Shown: piece after piece, positions 11,400 to 23,924 of the stretch | Layout of the letters: each line of letters opens with the position of its first letter | Numbering within the stretch: the stretch's first letter is position 1 | Source of the DNA: Podarcis gaigeae | Taxonomy: Eukaryota | Length of the DNA stretch: 64,000 nt | Assembly (NCBI GenBank): GCA_964106915.2 | Contig: OZ066916.1 | Direction: 5' to 3' (one strand) | Notes under the pieces: generated by a model | Told to the model about the DNA's origin: nothing | The model's input: the letters and a program-made list of their open reading frames with translations, nothing else | Databases searched by the model: none | Program-made: the position numbers and the translations under genes

Positions 11400-11780
11400 T
11401 GGAGAACCGACCTGGACCCTGCGATCATCTGAGGCCCTTCTTTGTGTGACCCAACCATGAGAGGTCTAGAGGGTGGCAGCAGAAAAACGGGCCTTTTCTA
11501 CATTGGCTCCCCATCTCCTCTCCCTAGGGAGGCCTGCCTGGTGCCTTCATTGCATAGCTTTAGGTGACAGGCATAAACAATCCTCCTCAACAAGGTCTTT
11601 GGCAGACTAAACAACCAACGGTCTTTTAAATGTGTTTGTGGGAGGGAGGGAGATTGGTTTGTGGCTTCTTTGGGGTTTGTTTTTTTGTTATACATTTTAT
11701 GTTCTCATTTTGTATTTGAATGCTGTAAACCACTCTGTGATCTGCGGGTGAAGGGCCATATAAAAATTTAATAATTATAA
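11400..11780 (+). mobile_element. Old L2 LINE 3' fragment
   Basis: ggaccctgcgatcatctgaggcccttc...ggccttttc...ccctagggaggcc, T-rich 3' UTR and an AT-rich tail; same subfamily as 31880-32215. Confidence 0.65.
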
Positions 11781-11821
11781 ATTTTAAAAGATAGTCTCCC
11801 CGTGAGTCACAAGGCCTAGTT

Positions 11822-11940
11822 ACAGGTAGGTAGCCGTGTTAGTCTGTCATAGTCAAAACAAAATAAAAAAATTCCTTCCAGTAGCACCTTCGAGATCAAC
11901 TAAGTTTGTTATTGGTATGAGCTTTCGTGTGCATGCTAAG
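11822..11940. mobile_element. Penelope-like element terminal fragment
   Basis: gtagccgtgttagtctg...ccagtagcaccttcgagatcaact...gagctttcgtgtgcatgc; an inverted homologue lies at 18040-18155. Confidence 0.65.
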
Positions 11941-12649
11941 CTGCTACTAGTCACAAGGCCGTTTGCATAAAAACAACTCAAAATACAGCTAAAGAGAAGG
12001 AGTGGACATATAACCATCTTCTGCCACTATAAAACCCTACAACCATAATTTAAAACATACAGAAAGTTAACACCATAACAGAATAGACTAAAACGTATTA
12101 AAATTCATACAAACTTTCTAAGCCTCTGGGTGCTTATCTAAATATCTGGGTAGCATCTGGGTAGGCGTTTCTTAATTAGAATGTCTTCAGCAGGCACCGA
12201 AAAGAATTTCAATAGGCAGGGAGTTCCAAAGTGCTGCCACACACAGTGTATTTTTTCTACTAGGGGGTTATTGATTGTTGAGATTATTATTATTATTTTC
12301 TATTTTAAAAAAAATTAGTTTTATATATTATGTGGCACCTGTAAAAGTGTCAATTCCGCCAACTGAAGCAGTCAAGTGGGCACATATGAGGTAAGGTGGT
12401 CTCATGAACTGGTCCCAAATGATTAAGGGCTTTTTATAATGATGGTAACATCTTGAACTCAGCCTGGTAGCAGATGGGCAACCAGCGCAGGCCTCTGAGC
12501 ACAGGTGTCATATGCTGAAGAGTCATCCCTCCTTTCTGTGGTCGTCTTCACCACAAAGTGGCAGAGGCAACCAGAACCAGATGCTTTGCTATGAGGAAAG
12601 AGCCACATCTTACGAGCCAAATCCTGAAAAACCCTCGGTGTGGAGGCTA

Positions 12650-12828
12650 GGAACATAGGAAGCTGCCCTACACTAACCATTGGTCCATCCAGTTCGGCAT
12701 GGTCTTCAATGACCATAAGCAGCTCCCCAGGATTTCACATGGGAGTCCTTCCCAGCCATACTTGGGGATGGCAAGAACCAAACCTGGAATATTCTGCAGG
12801 CAGAGCAGGTGCTCTACCAGTGAGCTAG
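12650..12828 (-). mobile_element. tRNA-derived SINE (Squam2-like) fragment
   Basis: Reverse complement of tagctcactggtagagcacctgct... head; body homologous to 39506-39690. Confidence 0.6.
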
Positions 12829-13258
12829 ATAATAGCTGCATAAATTCTTCTGGACAGCAACCTCCTCCTGCGAAAGGACAACTGCAGAACAAGAGGCGGC
12901 AGGAGCTCCAGTGCTAGCGCTGGCTGATCTCCCGGGTGGATGTCTTTCCACATATAGAAGGCAAAGTAGCACACAGTGACTGCTATGAGCTAAAGTCTAC
13001 ATTACACCTGGGCACTGCAACCCAAAATATTATGAGTGCCTTACATGCCAAGCACAGCAATGGCTTCTGGTATACTAGAGAAGGAGGCACTAATCTCCCT
13101 GCTGAACTCTGCAAGTTGAGAAGACGGTAACTTGCCCAAGATCATCTAATAAAGTCCTGGACAGGCTTCTTAATTTAGCTGAATCTGTAACTAATCCTTT
13201 CCCCAGAGTTTGGGACTGATAAGTATTCCTGGAAACAGAATTGAAGGGTTGCATGAAA

Positions 13259-13260
<2 letters not shown>

Positions 13261-13307
<47 letters not shown>
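13261..13307. repeat. (TAT)n microsatellite
   Basis: Direct observation. Confidence 0.95.
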
Positions 13308-13519
13308 GCTTTAACATTAACACGTATCTATTTAAAGTTCCTCCATGCCTTCTTCCAATGAAGGAAGTTCTACAGCTCTTCCAAAAAGCACACACATTCA
13401 TACTTTAACCTGTAGGTGAAGGGGCTTCCACAATGGAGGGATGGCAACGTAACAGGTGCCCTTTGTGTTAGAACCTGGGTGGTACAGTCACACAAGCATT
13501 TTCAGAAGATCTTGTCTTC

Positions 13520-13893
13520 ACCAATTCAAAGTGTTGGTGCTGACCTTTAAAGTCCTAAACAGCTTCGGTCCTGTATACCTGAAGGAGAATCGCCACCTCC
13601 ATCGTTCTGCCCGGACGCTGAGGTCCAACGCCGAGGGCCTTCTGGCGGTTCCCTCACTGCGAGAAGCCAAGTTACAGGGAACCAGGCAGAGGGCCTTCTC
13701 GGTAGTGGCATCCACCCTGTGGAACACCCTCCCACCAGATGTCAAAGAGGGAAAAAACTACCAGACTTTTAGAAGACATCTGAAGGCAGCCCTGTTTAGG
13801 GAAGCTTTTAATGTTTGATGCATTACTGTATTTTAATATTTTGTTGGAAGCCGCCCAGAGTGGCTGGGGAAGCTCAGCCAGATGGGCGGGGCA

Positions 13894-13929
<36 letters not shown>

Positions 13930-13940
13930 AACAATAACAA
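13520..13940 (+). mobile_element. Young L2 LINE, 5'-truncated
   Basis: QFKVLVLTFKVLN...LKAALFREAFNV*, nearly identical to 16438-16810; (TAAA)n tail. Confidence 0.9.
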
Positions 13941-14187
13941 AAGTATATTGCCTCTGAAATCCAAATTGCAGACGAGGCCCTCACGTCCTGCTTCCCCCCA
14001 GTGCCCAACCAGATGCTTCCCACATCTGGTTAGCCACTGGGGAAAAGAGGATACTATGCTAGGTCTGATCAAGCAATGTCTTCTTAACACTACCCCGTTC
14101 CCCTGGTTGCCATTTGCACACATACCAGGTTTTATCTATGTTGGCACAAAACTATGCGCTATTAGAAGCAAAGTACTTTAAAACAGA

Positions 14188-14425
14188 CTCCTGCCAGCCT
14201 AGCAGTTCGAAAGCACGTCAAAGTGCAAGTAGATAAATAGGAACCGCTCTGGCGGGAAGGTAAACGGCGTTTCCGTGCGCTGCTCTGGTTCTCCAGAAGC
14301 AGCTTAGTCCTGCTGGCCACATGACCCGGAAGTTGTACACCGCCACATGACCCAGAAGATGAGCGCCGCAACCCCAGAGTCGGTCACGACTGGACCTAAT
14401 GGTCAGGGGTCCCTTTACCTTTACC
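14188..14425 (+). mobile_element. 5'-truncated Sauria SINE
   Basis: Body and tail match other copies; TSD ttaaaacaga at 14178-14187 and 14426-14435. Confidence 0.9.
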
Positions 14426-14625
14426 TTAAAACAGAAGTAGATTCCCACCTATGTTATGCCCTATTGTGATAGCCAAGACCAGCCAAATTTATTTTCTTAA
14501 GCGATCGCACCCACGTGCTACATTCAAACTGCAAGATCATGCATGGGTCATACAGAGTAGCTTTGGAATGTGTCTCTGCGGAAAGTTGCACAACCCTTAG
14601 CATAGTTCAGAAATATCATTCAACA

Positions 14626-15181
14626 CAGAAGGTGTTAAAGAAGGACCGAACATTTTTTATGTATGCAACAACGGCAGCAAGGATACTCATCGCTAAGTAC
14701 TGGAAAACTCAAGATCTACCCACACTGGAAGAGTGGCAGATGCAACTGATAGACTATATGGAACTAGGCGAGATGACCGGCAGAATCCGAGACCTGGGAG
14801 AAGAGAAGGTTGAAGAAGATTGGAAGAAATTTAAGATTTATTTTAAAAAGCATTGTAATTTGGTTGAATGTTAAGATGGAGGCTAGATCATAAATAATTG
14901 GCCACCACTAAATTAGATGCAATTAGGATGATAAATGTGATTGAGGAAAAATCATAAACCTTCGGGAGAATTATTAGATTATATTCTAAATGAATGGGAC
15001 ATAATAATGTAAACAAGATGATAAATTGCGGGCAAGAATTGACAATGATGCAAGTGGGAGCGGGAGACGTGAGGGAGTCCAAAGATGTTAAGAAACTATG
15101 TTATGATATATGTTACATTGATCATTATTTTTGCATTTATGTTTAAAAAAATTAATAAAAATATATTAAAAAACAAAAACT
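14626..15181 (+). mobile_element. 5'-truncated L1 LINE (ORF2 C-terminus, 3' UTR, A-rich tail)
   Basis: FFMYATTAARILIAKYWK...EEW...WKKF; AATAAA and A tail; 16-bp TSD gaaatatcattcaaca at 14610-14625 and 15182-15197. Confidence 0.9.
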
Positions 15182-15609
15182 GAAATATCATTCAACAGTT
15201 TCCATTTGGGCTGCCTGCGGGAGTGAAAGTTAAACCAACAAAGGGCAAAGACTTTTGGAACTATTATGACTTCATTGTTTTGACTAGATTTTAATTGAAC
15301 CATAATGGTGCATTTTGTTACCCTCTCACTTAGCAAATCAACTCTGACCCATCCAATCTGCATTGTATCTCAGATGATGATGATGATGATTATATGCATA
15401 GAAGAGTGCACACTGACAATTATTGACCTTGTAACTGCAGCATCTGCCCATATGAGGAAAATGTCATTGATTAATTGCTTCCTTGGATTTTTGATCAGAT
15501 GCAGAAGATGCATGGTAAAATGTTCCTCACCACGCATGCTACAGCTTCCAACATGGTTGCATGCTTCTGTATGAAACTGAGCACCTTGACCCATTCCAGC
15601 CCACTTCTA

Positions 15610-16811
15610 ACTGGAATTGTCCTTGGTCGCCCTGATGGAGATGGACAGGAAGAATTCAACCCTGCTGATTTTCCTGGATCTCTTAGCAGCTTTTGATGCT
15701 GTCGCCCATGATATCCTCCTTGACTGCCTCTGTGAGTTGGGTGCACCATTTTACAGTGGTTTTACTCCTACTTACGGGGTTGGTTCCAGATTGAAGAACT
15801 GGATATTGTCTTGACACCCTTGAATTAATCTGCAGGGTGTCACAGGGCACAATTTCATGTCCAACGGGAATTAATATCTAGACAAAACTTTAGGTGAGTT
15901 GCGTTATCTGTATCTTGATAATATCCAGAACCAGTGAAGGCGGTGACGGTCCCAGAACCAGTGAAGGCGGTTGGAGGATGGATGGTGGCTAACAGATTGA
16001 GACTGAATCCTGACAAGACAGAAGTACTGTTTTTGGGGGACAGGAGGCGGGCAGGTATGGAGGACCCCCTGGTCCTGAATGGGGTAACTGTGCCCCTGAA
16101 GAACCAGGTGCACAGCCTGGGAGCCATTCTGGACTCACAGCTGTCCATGGAGGCACAGGTTAAATCCGTGTCCAGGGCAGCTGTTTACCAGCTCCATCTG
16201 GTACGCAGGCTGAGACCCTATCTGCCTGCGGACTGCCTCGCCAGAGTGGTGCATGCTCTGGTTATCTCCCGCTTGGACTACTGCAATGCGCTCTACGTGG
16301 GGCTACCTTTGAAGGTGACCCAGAAACTACAACTAATCCAGAACGCAGCAGCCAGACTGGTGACTGGGAGTGGCCGCCGAGACCATATAACACCGGTCTT
16401 GAAAGACCTACATTGGCTCCCAGTACGTTTCCGAGCACAATTCAAAGTGTTGGTGCTGACCTTGAAAGCCCTAAATGGCCTCGGTCCAGTATACCTGAAG
16501 GAGCGTCTCCACCCCCATCATTCTACCCGCACACTGAGGTCCAGCACCGAGGGCCTTCTGGCGGTTCCCTCACTGCGAGAAGCCAAGTTAGAGGGAACCA
16601 GGCAGAGGGCCTTCTCGGTAGTGGCACCCACCCTGTGGAACACCCTCCCAGCAGATGTCAAAGAGAACAACAACTACCAGACTTTTAGAAGACATCTGAA
16701 GGCAGCTCTTTTGAGGGAAGCTTTTAATGTTTGATGTATCACAGTATTTTAATATTTTTTGGAAGCCGCCCAGAGTGGCTGGGGAAACCCAGCCAGATGG
16801 GCGGGGTATAA

Positions 16812-16859
<48 letters not shown>

Positions 16860-17370
16860 AGGCATCAAACTGCAACTGAACACTGGCAAGACAGAGACCT
16901 CATGGATGGGCTGTTCTTGGGTCCAGGGATTGGACTGTGAGCTAGTTCTGGGTGGCAGGTGCTTAGTTTGGGGCTTTGGTGGCACTTCTGTTGTCTATGC
17001 TCTGTTAACTTCTAGTTTGGATTACTTCAGTGCATTATGCACGAGACTGCCTTTGAAGACCCTCCAGAAACTCTAGCTGGTGCAGAATTCAGCAGCCAGA
17101 TCACTGACTGGGGCAGTATGGTCTGAACACCAGTTGTGGCACAACTGCACTGATTACCAATTCTTTTCTGGGCTCAATTCTCAGTGCTGAATTTGACCTA
17201 TAAAGCCTGATGTGGCTCAGGACCCCAGGACCTAAAGGTCTGCCTCTCCTCACGTGAACCAACCCATACTCTGTGATTGTCTTCCGAAACCCTTCATTTG
17301 CCCTCTCTATGAGAGGTCTGGAGGGTGGCAACACAAGAACAGGCCTTTTCAATGGCGTCTCACCCTTTTT
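15610..17370 (+). mobile_element. Old L2 LINE flanking a younger L2 insertion
   Basis: RT motif LIFLDLLAAFDAVAH at ~15665-15710; degraded ALLTSSLDYFSAL...LQKL*LVQNSAAR at ~17000-17100. Confidence 0.75.
15925..16858 (+). mobile_element. Young 5'-truncated L2 LINE with open RT C-terminal frame (15934-16734)
   Basis: WMVANRLRLNPDKTE...ISRLDYCNALYVGLP...QNAAARLV...LHWLPV; (ATT)n tail. Confidence 0.92.
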
Positions 17371-18039
17371 CTAACTTGTTCTGCCTCAAAGTCTGGTAGC
17401 ATTTCTAGCTCCTTTGCAATCTCAGTAGCCTCTATCAAAACTTCTTGAAAAGCCTCATCATACCTGCAGCCCACAAGGTAACACTTGGTCACTTACAATT
17501 GGCTTGGAGCTGAATTTAAATCAGATTCCTCATTTTGTAGGGATAAGAAGGAATACCACAAATCTGAACTTACAAATCGCATCATCGAGGGCCTTAGATT
17601 CAATTTGGGAACTATTCCCAAGTAAAGCCTTTAGGCTTGTGTCATCAAGGATCTCTCTTAAAGCATCATATATACTACTAAGATGGTATCTCAATGGTTT
17701 CAAAGCATCTGACTCTCCCCTTTTGTTTCACACAACGGCTTAATGGTTATGTCTAAATCTGATACATGGCTAGTTAGAATTTGTCAGTGCTGAATCGATG
17801 CAGAGAAATCATTAAAAATCTGTTGAACCAGCCTGAAGAAACTAGTTGCTTCCAGACAACGCTTGGCGGCATCATTGACTACCAAGTCTACAGAGTGTGC
17901 ATTGCAGGGCACAAAAAGGCACATGGGTCTATGCCCAGGATTATCTTATTAAAACTTAACCTCCAATCAACTCTATGGTCTATTTCATACATGCATAAAA
18001 AAGAGTTCTCATATATACATTACTTCAAAAAATAATATC

Positions 18040-18155
18040 TGAAGTATCTGAAGTATCTGTGTATCTGAAGAAGTGTGCATGCACATGAAAGCTCATACCA
18101 AGAACTAACTTAGTTGGTCTTTAAGGTGCTACTGGAAGGAATTTTTTTTGTTTTT
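18040..18155. mobile_element. Penelope-like terminal fragment
   Basis: tctgaagaagtgtgcatgcacatgaaagctcata...aaggtgctactgg; reverse complement of 11870-11937. Confidence 0.65.
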
Positions 18156-18218
18156 TCAAAAATGATAAAATTCTTCAAAATATAAAAGTCAAAATTTATG
18201 ATATATATATAAGATATA

Positions 18219-18662
18219 CCGCATTTTTCACTCTATAGGACGCACCCGACCATAGGACGCACCTAGTTTTAGAGGGGGAGAACAAGGGGGGGGGAAATCT
18301 CCCCCTCTCTGCTCAGCGCCCCTTCAGCGAAGCGGCAGGAGAAACGGAGCCCCTTCCATTTCTCCTCCCGCTTCGCTGAAGGGGCGCTGCGCAGAGAGGG
18401 AAAGCTGCACAGTGCCTCTCCAGCGAAGAGAAGCCAGGAGAGCAAGAGGGATTGGCGCGCACCGATCCCTCTTGCTCTCCTGGCTTCGGCGAAAGCGACG
18501 CGAAGCCTCCGGAGTGCGGCGGGAGCGCTCCCACTACGCTTTGGAGCCTTTGCGTTGCTATTGCTGAAACCATGGAGTCTGCATTTGCTCCATAAGACGC
18601 ACACACATTTCCCCTTAATTTCTGGAGGGGAAAAAGTGCGTCTTATAAAGCGAAAAATACGG
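18219..18662. mobile_element. Tc2/pogo-like MITE, family B (444 bp)
   Basis: TA|ccgcatttttcactctataggacgcac ... gtgcgtcttataaagcgaaaaatacgg|TA. Confidence 0.9.
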
Positions 18663-19219
18663 TAATAAAAACAAATCTGTATAAAACTGTGCCTCTCAAA
18701 AGTCAGGACTGAGCCCCTCTGAGGTCTCTGCCTGAGGCAGCTGCCTTGTTGGCCTAATGACAGCACGGACCCAATTTACTCCACTGCTGAAGGATCTGCA
18801 CTGGTCCCCTATCAGCTACAGAACCAAGCACCAGGTTTTGCCTGCAGACATTTAAAGCCCAAATGACTTGGGACCAGGACACCTAGCAGTTGACCTCCCC
18901 CAGTAGACCAAGATGATCTTTTAAGACATTTTGAGGTGGCTCGTGATCTTTTGAGAGATTTCGCAGTTGCTCAACACAGAAGCAGGTCTTTCCTCTGCTC
19001 ATTCATGAGACGGAGAAAGTATTGACCTTTAAAAGCCTCTTAAAAGCTTATATATTTGCCCAAGTTTTCCTTGACTCCAACTCTTTGTTTGTTTTGTTTT
19101 GTACACTGTGGGACACAGTTGTGCTTTTCGAAAATTTTATTGAATGTTTTTGTCATATCTTTATTGTTTTTTGGGATGCATTTTAATCAATTGTTTGTTT
19201 TTATGTATATTGTGTTTTT

Positions 19220-19280
19220 ATATGATGTAAGCCGTTTTGAGCCCAGCTCCGGCAGGGGAGGGCGGGATACAAATAAAATA

Positions 19281-19334
<54 letters not shown>

Positions 19335-19335
19335 T
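19220..19335 (+). mobile_element. LINE (L2-type) 3' tail with (ATT)n microsatellite
   Basis: tgtaagccg..ttgagccc...ggcgggatacaaataaa followed by (att)n; T-rich UTR upstream. Confidence 0.6.
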
Positions 19336-19464
19336 TCATGGAAGAGTCTAAAGATTTTATTATATTATGACATTAAGCAGTATGTGTGCATGCACATATG
19401 CGTGTTTATGTACGCACACGCACAAATAAATAATCCTGCTGTACCAGGGTATGGAAGAAGCTGG

Positions 19465-19590
19465 TAAGAACATAAGAAGAGCCCTATTGGGTCAGGCTAA
19501 TGGCCCATTTAGTCCAGCATCCTGTCTCACAGTGGCTAACCAGACGCTTGTGGGAAATCTCCTGTGGTTTCCAGAAACTGGCATTCCAAC
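19465..19590 (-). mobile_element. CR1 3' end fragment
   Basis: taagaacataagaagagccct...tagtccagcatcctgtctcacagtggctaaccagacgc. Confidence 0.75.
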
Positions 19591-20921
19591 CAGTCATGGT
19601 AAAGAGTTGTCTGCATTCGAACTCCAGGCAGCAGCCCAGCATGACCAGCACTGTTTTGTGCCAGGCCACACCAGCCACGCAGGAGGCGAATCTTCACTCT
19701 GCTACAGTTCCTGGCCACAGTTCCTGGCAGCGCCAAGCATGGGGAATTGGCAGGGGTCTTGCCGAGTTACTGTAGATTTGCGGGTCTTGTTTTCCTTCCC
19801 CCTCTCAACCGCCACACTTGTGTTCGAGTCAATTATGCGCTTCTTTAACCTTTGCTCAGCATAATTCCACAGCTCCAAGGCGCTGATGATCATTATTATT
19901 CTCATTAGCATGAAGAGTCCTCAGTGCCTCTACGGCACTTCACAAACAAAGCCATCTAAGCAGCGGCGTCAGCCCGCCTTCCGCCAAATCCTTCTCCGCC
20001 GAGGGATCAATATCTCACTGCCCTTATTATTTTAATTTTAATGCCTCGTGAGGGGGTTTCACAACATAAATAATTATAAGCTACTGATGAAAGTATCTCG
20101 CTTCCCGCAGAGCAAAGGAGACCTTGGGGTTCAATTAAATGACAAGAGAAAACAATGAAGATGGTACCCTGGGTTTGAACGCCCTCTCCAAAACACCTCT
20201 CTCTTGTTATTCTTATTCAAAGACTTAATTATCACCCAGATGGTGAAAAGCGCTTCCTATCAATAGTCCACAACAACACTTGCTAACGGATGGGGACCAA
20301 TCCTGCTGTGCAAGGCTGGCTTACCTGTGGCCTTCCAGGTGTAGCTGAACTCCCATCAGTCCCAGCCAGTATGGTCAATGGGAGGCTCACTGGGCACCTT
20401 CATTAGATATATTTAGGCACCAGGCAACTCCTTTGGCTAGAGTTGAGGAGTGGACACAGAGGGTGAATTCTGACCAGACATTCCCCTATTTCTGGACCTG
20501 CCAAAGGCTTAAGTCCTGGCAGGGACTTTCACAGGCCAACGGGAAGTGGACTATTGCAGTTGCATAAGAGGACAATCTGTCGGGCACAACTGGCCCAAGA
20601 GCAGAGGCCATCCAGGAACTGAGCTCATGAAGAGAGCTCCTCACATGACTGTCTGAGGAAGCTTTGCACCACACTCCAAGACTTGACCTGGCTTCCCTCT
20701 TATCTGCCTTGTCTTCAGGTGCTAGTGTTTCACCATGGAGACACACAGGCCTACTGATGTCACTTCTTTTCACAGTTGCCAACAATGGTTAAATCAACCG
20801 AAAACAGGGCAGCCTTGCTGAAAGAGCTGGTTAGAGAAGAAGAATGAACTGGTCAGAGGAGACAAGCAGAGTCTCACTTTAAGAGACAAACATATAGGAA
20901 GCCTGGTTTAGGGTTTCTTCG

Positions 20922-21232
20922 TGAAGCTGAGGCTCCAGTACTTTGAATCATAGAATCATAGAGTTGGAAGAGACCACAAGGGCCATCGAGTCCAACCCCC
21001 TGCCAAGCATGAGAAGAGAAGACTCCCTGGGAAAGACCCTGATGTTGGGAAAGATGGAGGGCACAAGGAGGAGGGGACGACAGAGGACGAGATGGTTGAC
21101 GGTGTTCTTGAAGCTACCAGCATGAGTTTGACCAAACTGCGGGAGGCAGTGGAAGACAGGAGTGCCTGGCGTGCTCTGGTCCAGGGGGCCACAAAGAGTC
21201 AGACACGACTAAATGACTAAACAACAACAACA
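20922..21232 (+). mobile_element. Bov-B (RTE) LINE 3' end, containing a CR1-tail insert at 20946-21007
   Basis: MRREDSLGKTLMLGKMEGTRRRGRQRTRW; aagagtcagacacgact; (CAA)n tail. Confidence 0.92.
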
Positions 21233-22139
21233 ATACACAAAATACATGGAACACAATCTCCTGAACCCTGCAACACAGAATAATACGGTTGTATTTGTAG
21301 CTTAACATTTCAGTTATTTCCCAGTTACAAGTACAATAAAGTTCAGCTTTCATTTTTATATGCAACCTCAATGGCAGAAATCCAGAAAAATAGTGTTGCA
21401 TTCTACAAAGGGGACAGAAACACACAATACTGCAAAGATGAATGGGGGGAATCACATCCCTGGCACCATGCAGAAGTGCACATCCATTAATCCGTAAGGC
21501 AGGTATGGAAGCCTCTCATTGCTGTTATCAATTCACTCTTATCGTTTGCTATGCAAGAAGTGACGATGGTCACTAGCTGTGCAGATGCCTCTGTGTCAGA
21601 TTCTGGAGCAGACAGGAGAGGAAGGCCAAGTCTCTAATGTTCTACATGCACTATTCCCAGAGGCATCTGGCTGACTGCTTTTGGAAGCACAATGGGCCTT
21701 GACCTGATCCAAGAAGGCAACTCGTGAAAAATCATCAGGGCAACACTTGCCATATGCATCACTCAAGGCAATATTTTAAGGCTCGCAAACCTCTGCTGGA
21801 AAACTCATCAGCTCAAGCTAGCCTTTTCTCAATTCTACAATGCAGGGGTAGTTTATGGTTCTGTATGTTATTAGCTTTGTGAAGCACATGTGGAATTCTT
21901 GGGAAGCCAGAACTCCATCAGAAGGTGACCGATAAAGTCTCCCTGTTCCGGTCTCTGTGGGTATTACCCAAAACAGCTGAGGATAACAATCCATTTGGTC
22001 TATTTATAGCTCTCTTAAATATAGAAGCATTACCATAATACCACACCAGCCACATGAACCTGCAAAACCAAACATCACCATAGTACTGAGGGAGGACTAA
22101 GGCCTTTTACCAGCTATGAGTAATGTGTCAACTCCAGCC

Positions 22140-22730
22140 ATTCTTGGACAGGAATAGCCTGGCTGTGGCGATTCATGCATTGGTAACCTCAAGACTTGCT
22201 TGTTGCAATGCAATGCAACCCTTGCCTGGTCTGGAATTTCCAGATGGTGCAAAAAGTTGCAGCTAGACTGTTGGTGAGGACATACTATATCCAGGAGCAC
22301 ATAACTCTGGTGCTCAAAAGCTTACGCTGGTTGCCTGTAAGTTACAGGGCCAGGTTGAAAATTCTTGCATTACTTTACAAGGACCTTAACAATGCAGTTC
22401 CAGAATATCTTAAGACCAACTGAACCCTTATATCCTTGCTAGATCACTAAGATCTTTGGGGAATCTCTGTTGGTGGTCGTCCATGGCTCAGATGCATGAC
22501 CACCATTCAGCTAGTGGTCCTGGGCCTGTGGAACTTCCTGCCAACTGAGATTAACAGGCAAACCCTCCTTGCTGAGCTTCAGGGGTAAAGCTAAGACTTC
22601 CTTGTTCCAGAAAGCATTGGTTTTATGATAAATGTTGATACTTTTACTGTCCAGCTCTCTGCCGGTTGCTTTTATGTACATCACTTACATATGTCAATGA
22701 TTAAGTGGCATATAAATGTCTTAGATAAAA
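22140..22730 (+). mobile_element. Old L2 LINE 3' fragment
   Basis: FQMVQKVAARLLV...EHITLVLKSLRWLPVSYRARLKILALLYK. Confidence 0.75.
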
Positions 22731-23924
22731 CAATCCATCAGTTCACATGGAGTGTATCCAGAGACAGCTCAGATGAAGGGCAGTGCGGTGAGAAATGCTA
22801 AGAGGAAGCCTCCCCAGACTGTGTCCTGAGGGACAGCTCTGGAACTTTGTAATTTGTTGAGGATCTGGCATTCACACAAGAATCCAAGTTAGGTTAGGAA
22901 GTTGCTTTAGAGTGAGTCAGACCATTGGGTCCATCTAGGTTAGTACTGTAAACACTAATTGCCAGCGGCTTTCCAGGGTTTCACAGAGGGCTGTCTCCCA
23001 GAGATGCTGGGGCCAAAACCTGGGACCATTTGCAACCAAACCACTGATCTACAACCCTTCCTCAGCTTAGGTTAGGTTACTAGGCCATTAGCTAAAACCT
23101 TAATGTTTCTGTTGAAAAATCAGAGAGTATTCAGAGCAATCTCACACGCCTGCCACTTTTAAAAAAGCTCCACAATATTTCTTAAAAATGGTGCCTCCAT
23201 GTTGTGGGAACGGGGCCTCCATGTTTCTTCTGGTATTAAGAGTCGAAAATGCATCTGCACTGATCACAAACAACAAGGAAAGCAGATTTCCAAAGTATTC
23301 AAGTCTTGATTTGGAGGTACATTAAAAGCAGATTTTTGAAATGGAGAAAAAAACAAATGTCCAGGGAAATTAAGGGTGTGTTCCAGTACACTACTCCCAT
23401 GTACATACATGGCTGGTTCTGAGGAAGAGTCATTTATGAAAGAAGAAGAAAAAGGAGAATAATTTGGCAGTGTTCATATTCTTCTCGGAAGCAGACATAA
23501 CACACATAAATCCTTCGCATGTTCTTAATAATTCAAACCACATTGTACAGATTTCAGCGTGCTTTGCCATCCCTGCCTCATATCACACGGCCACTTCAGC
23601 CAAAAGATCGTGATTTGCTCAAGGCCACTTGGGGCGGAGAATAAATTTGAAACTGAGTTTCCCAAGCTGTAAAGAAACTCATCAGCTGCTGTTCCATCCT
23701 GGCCCTGGTTAGACTTCAGATGCAGAAGCATCTCATCTGAGCATGCCCATTTAAAAAATATTAAGCAGGATGCTACCGTGAAGGAGGAGGAGTTTTAATT
23801 TTAGCATTTTATTTCAGGCTGATTACAGATCTTAAGATGGAACTTTAAGATGGAGGAAACGCATTTAATTTCTGCTTCTTAAACAAATGCTAATGATTAA
23901 ACTCCAGGCTTGGGTTGCCTATAT

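Noticed and set aside
15934-16734. 266-aa ORF as a host gene
   Set aside because: It is the RT C-terminal part of a truncated L2, with near-identical partial copies elsewhere in the window
23400-23760. Unique minus-strand segment with a donor-like gtatgt
   Set aside because: The ATG-initiated frames checked stop before the donor; no exon can be supported
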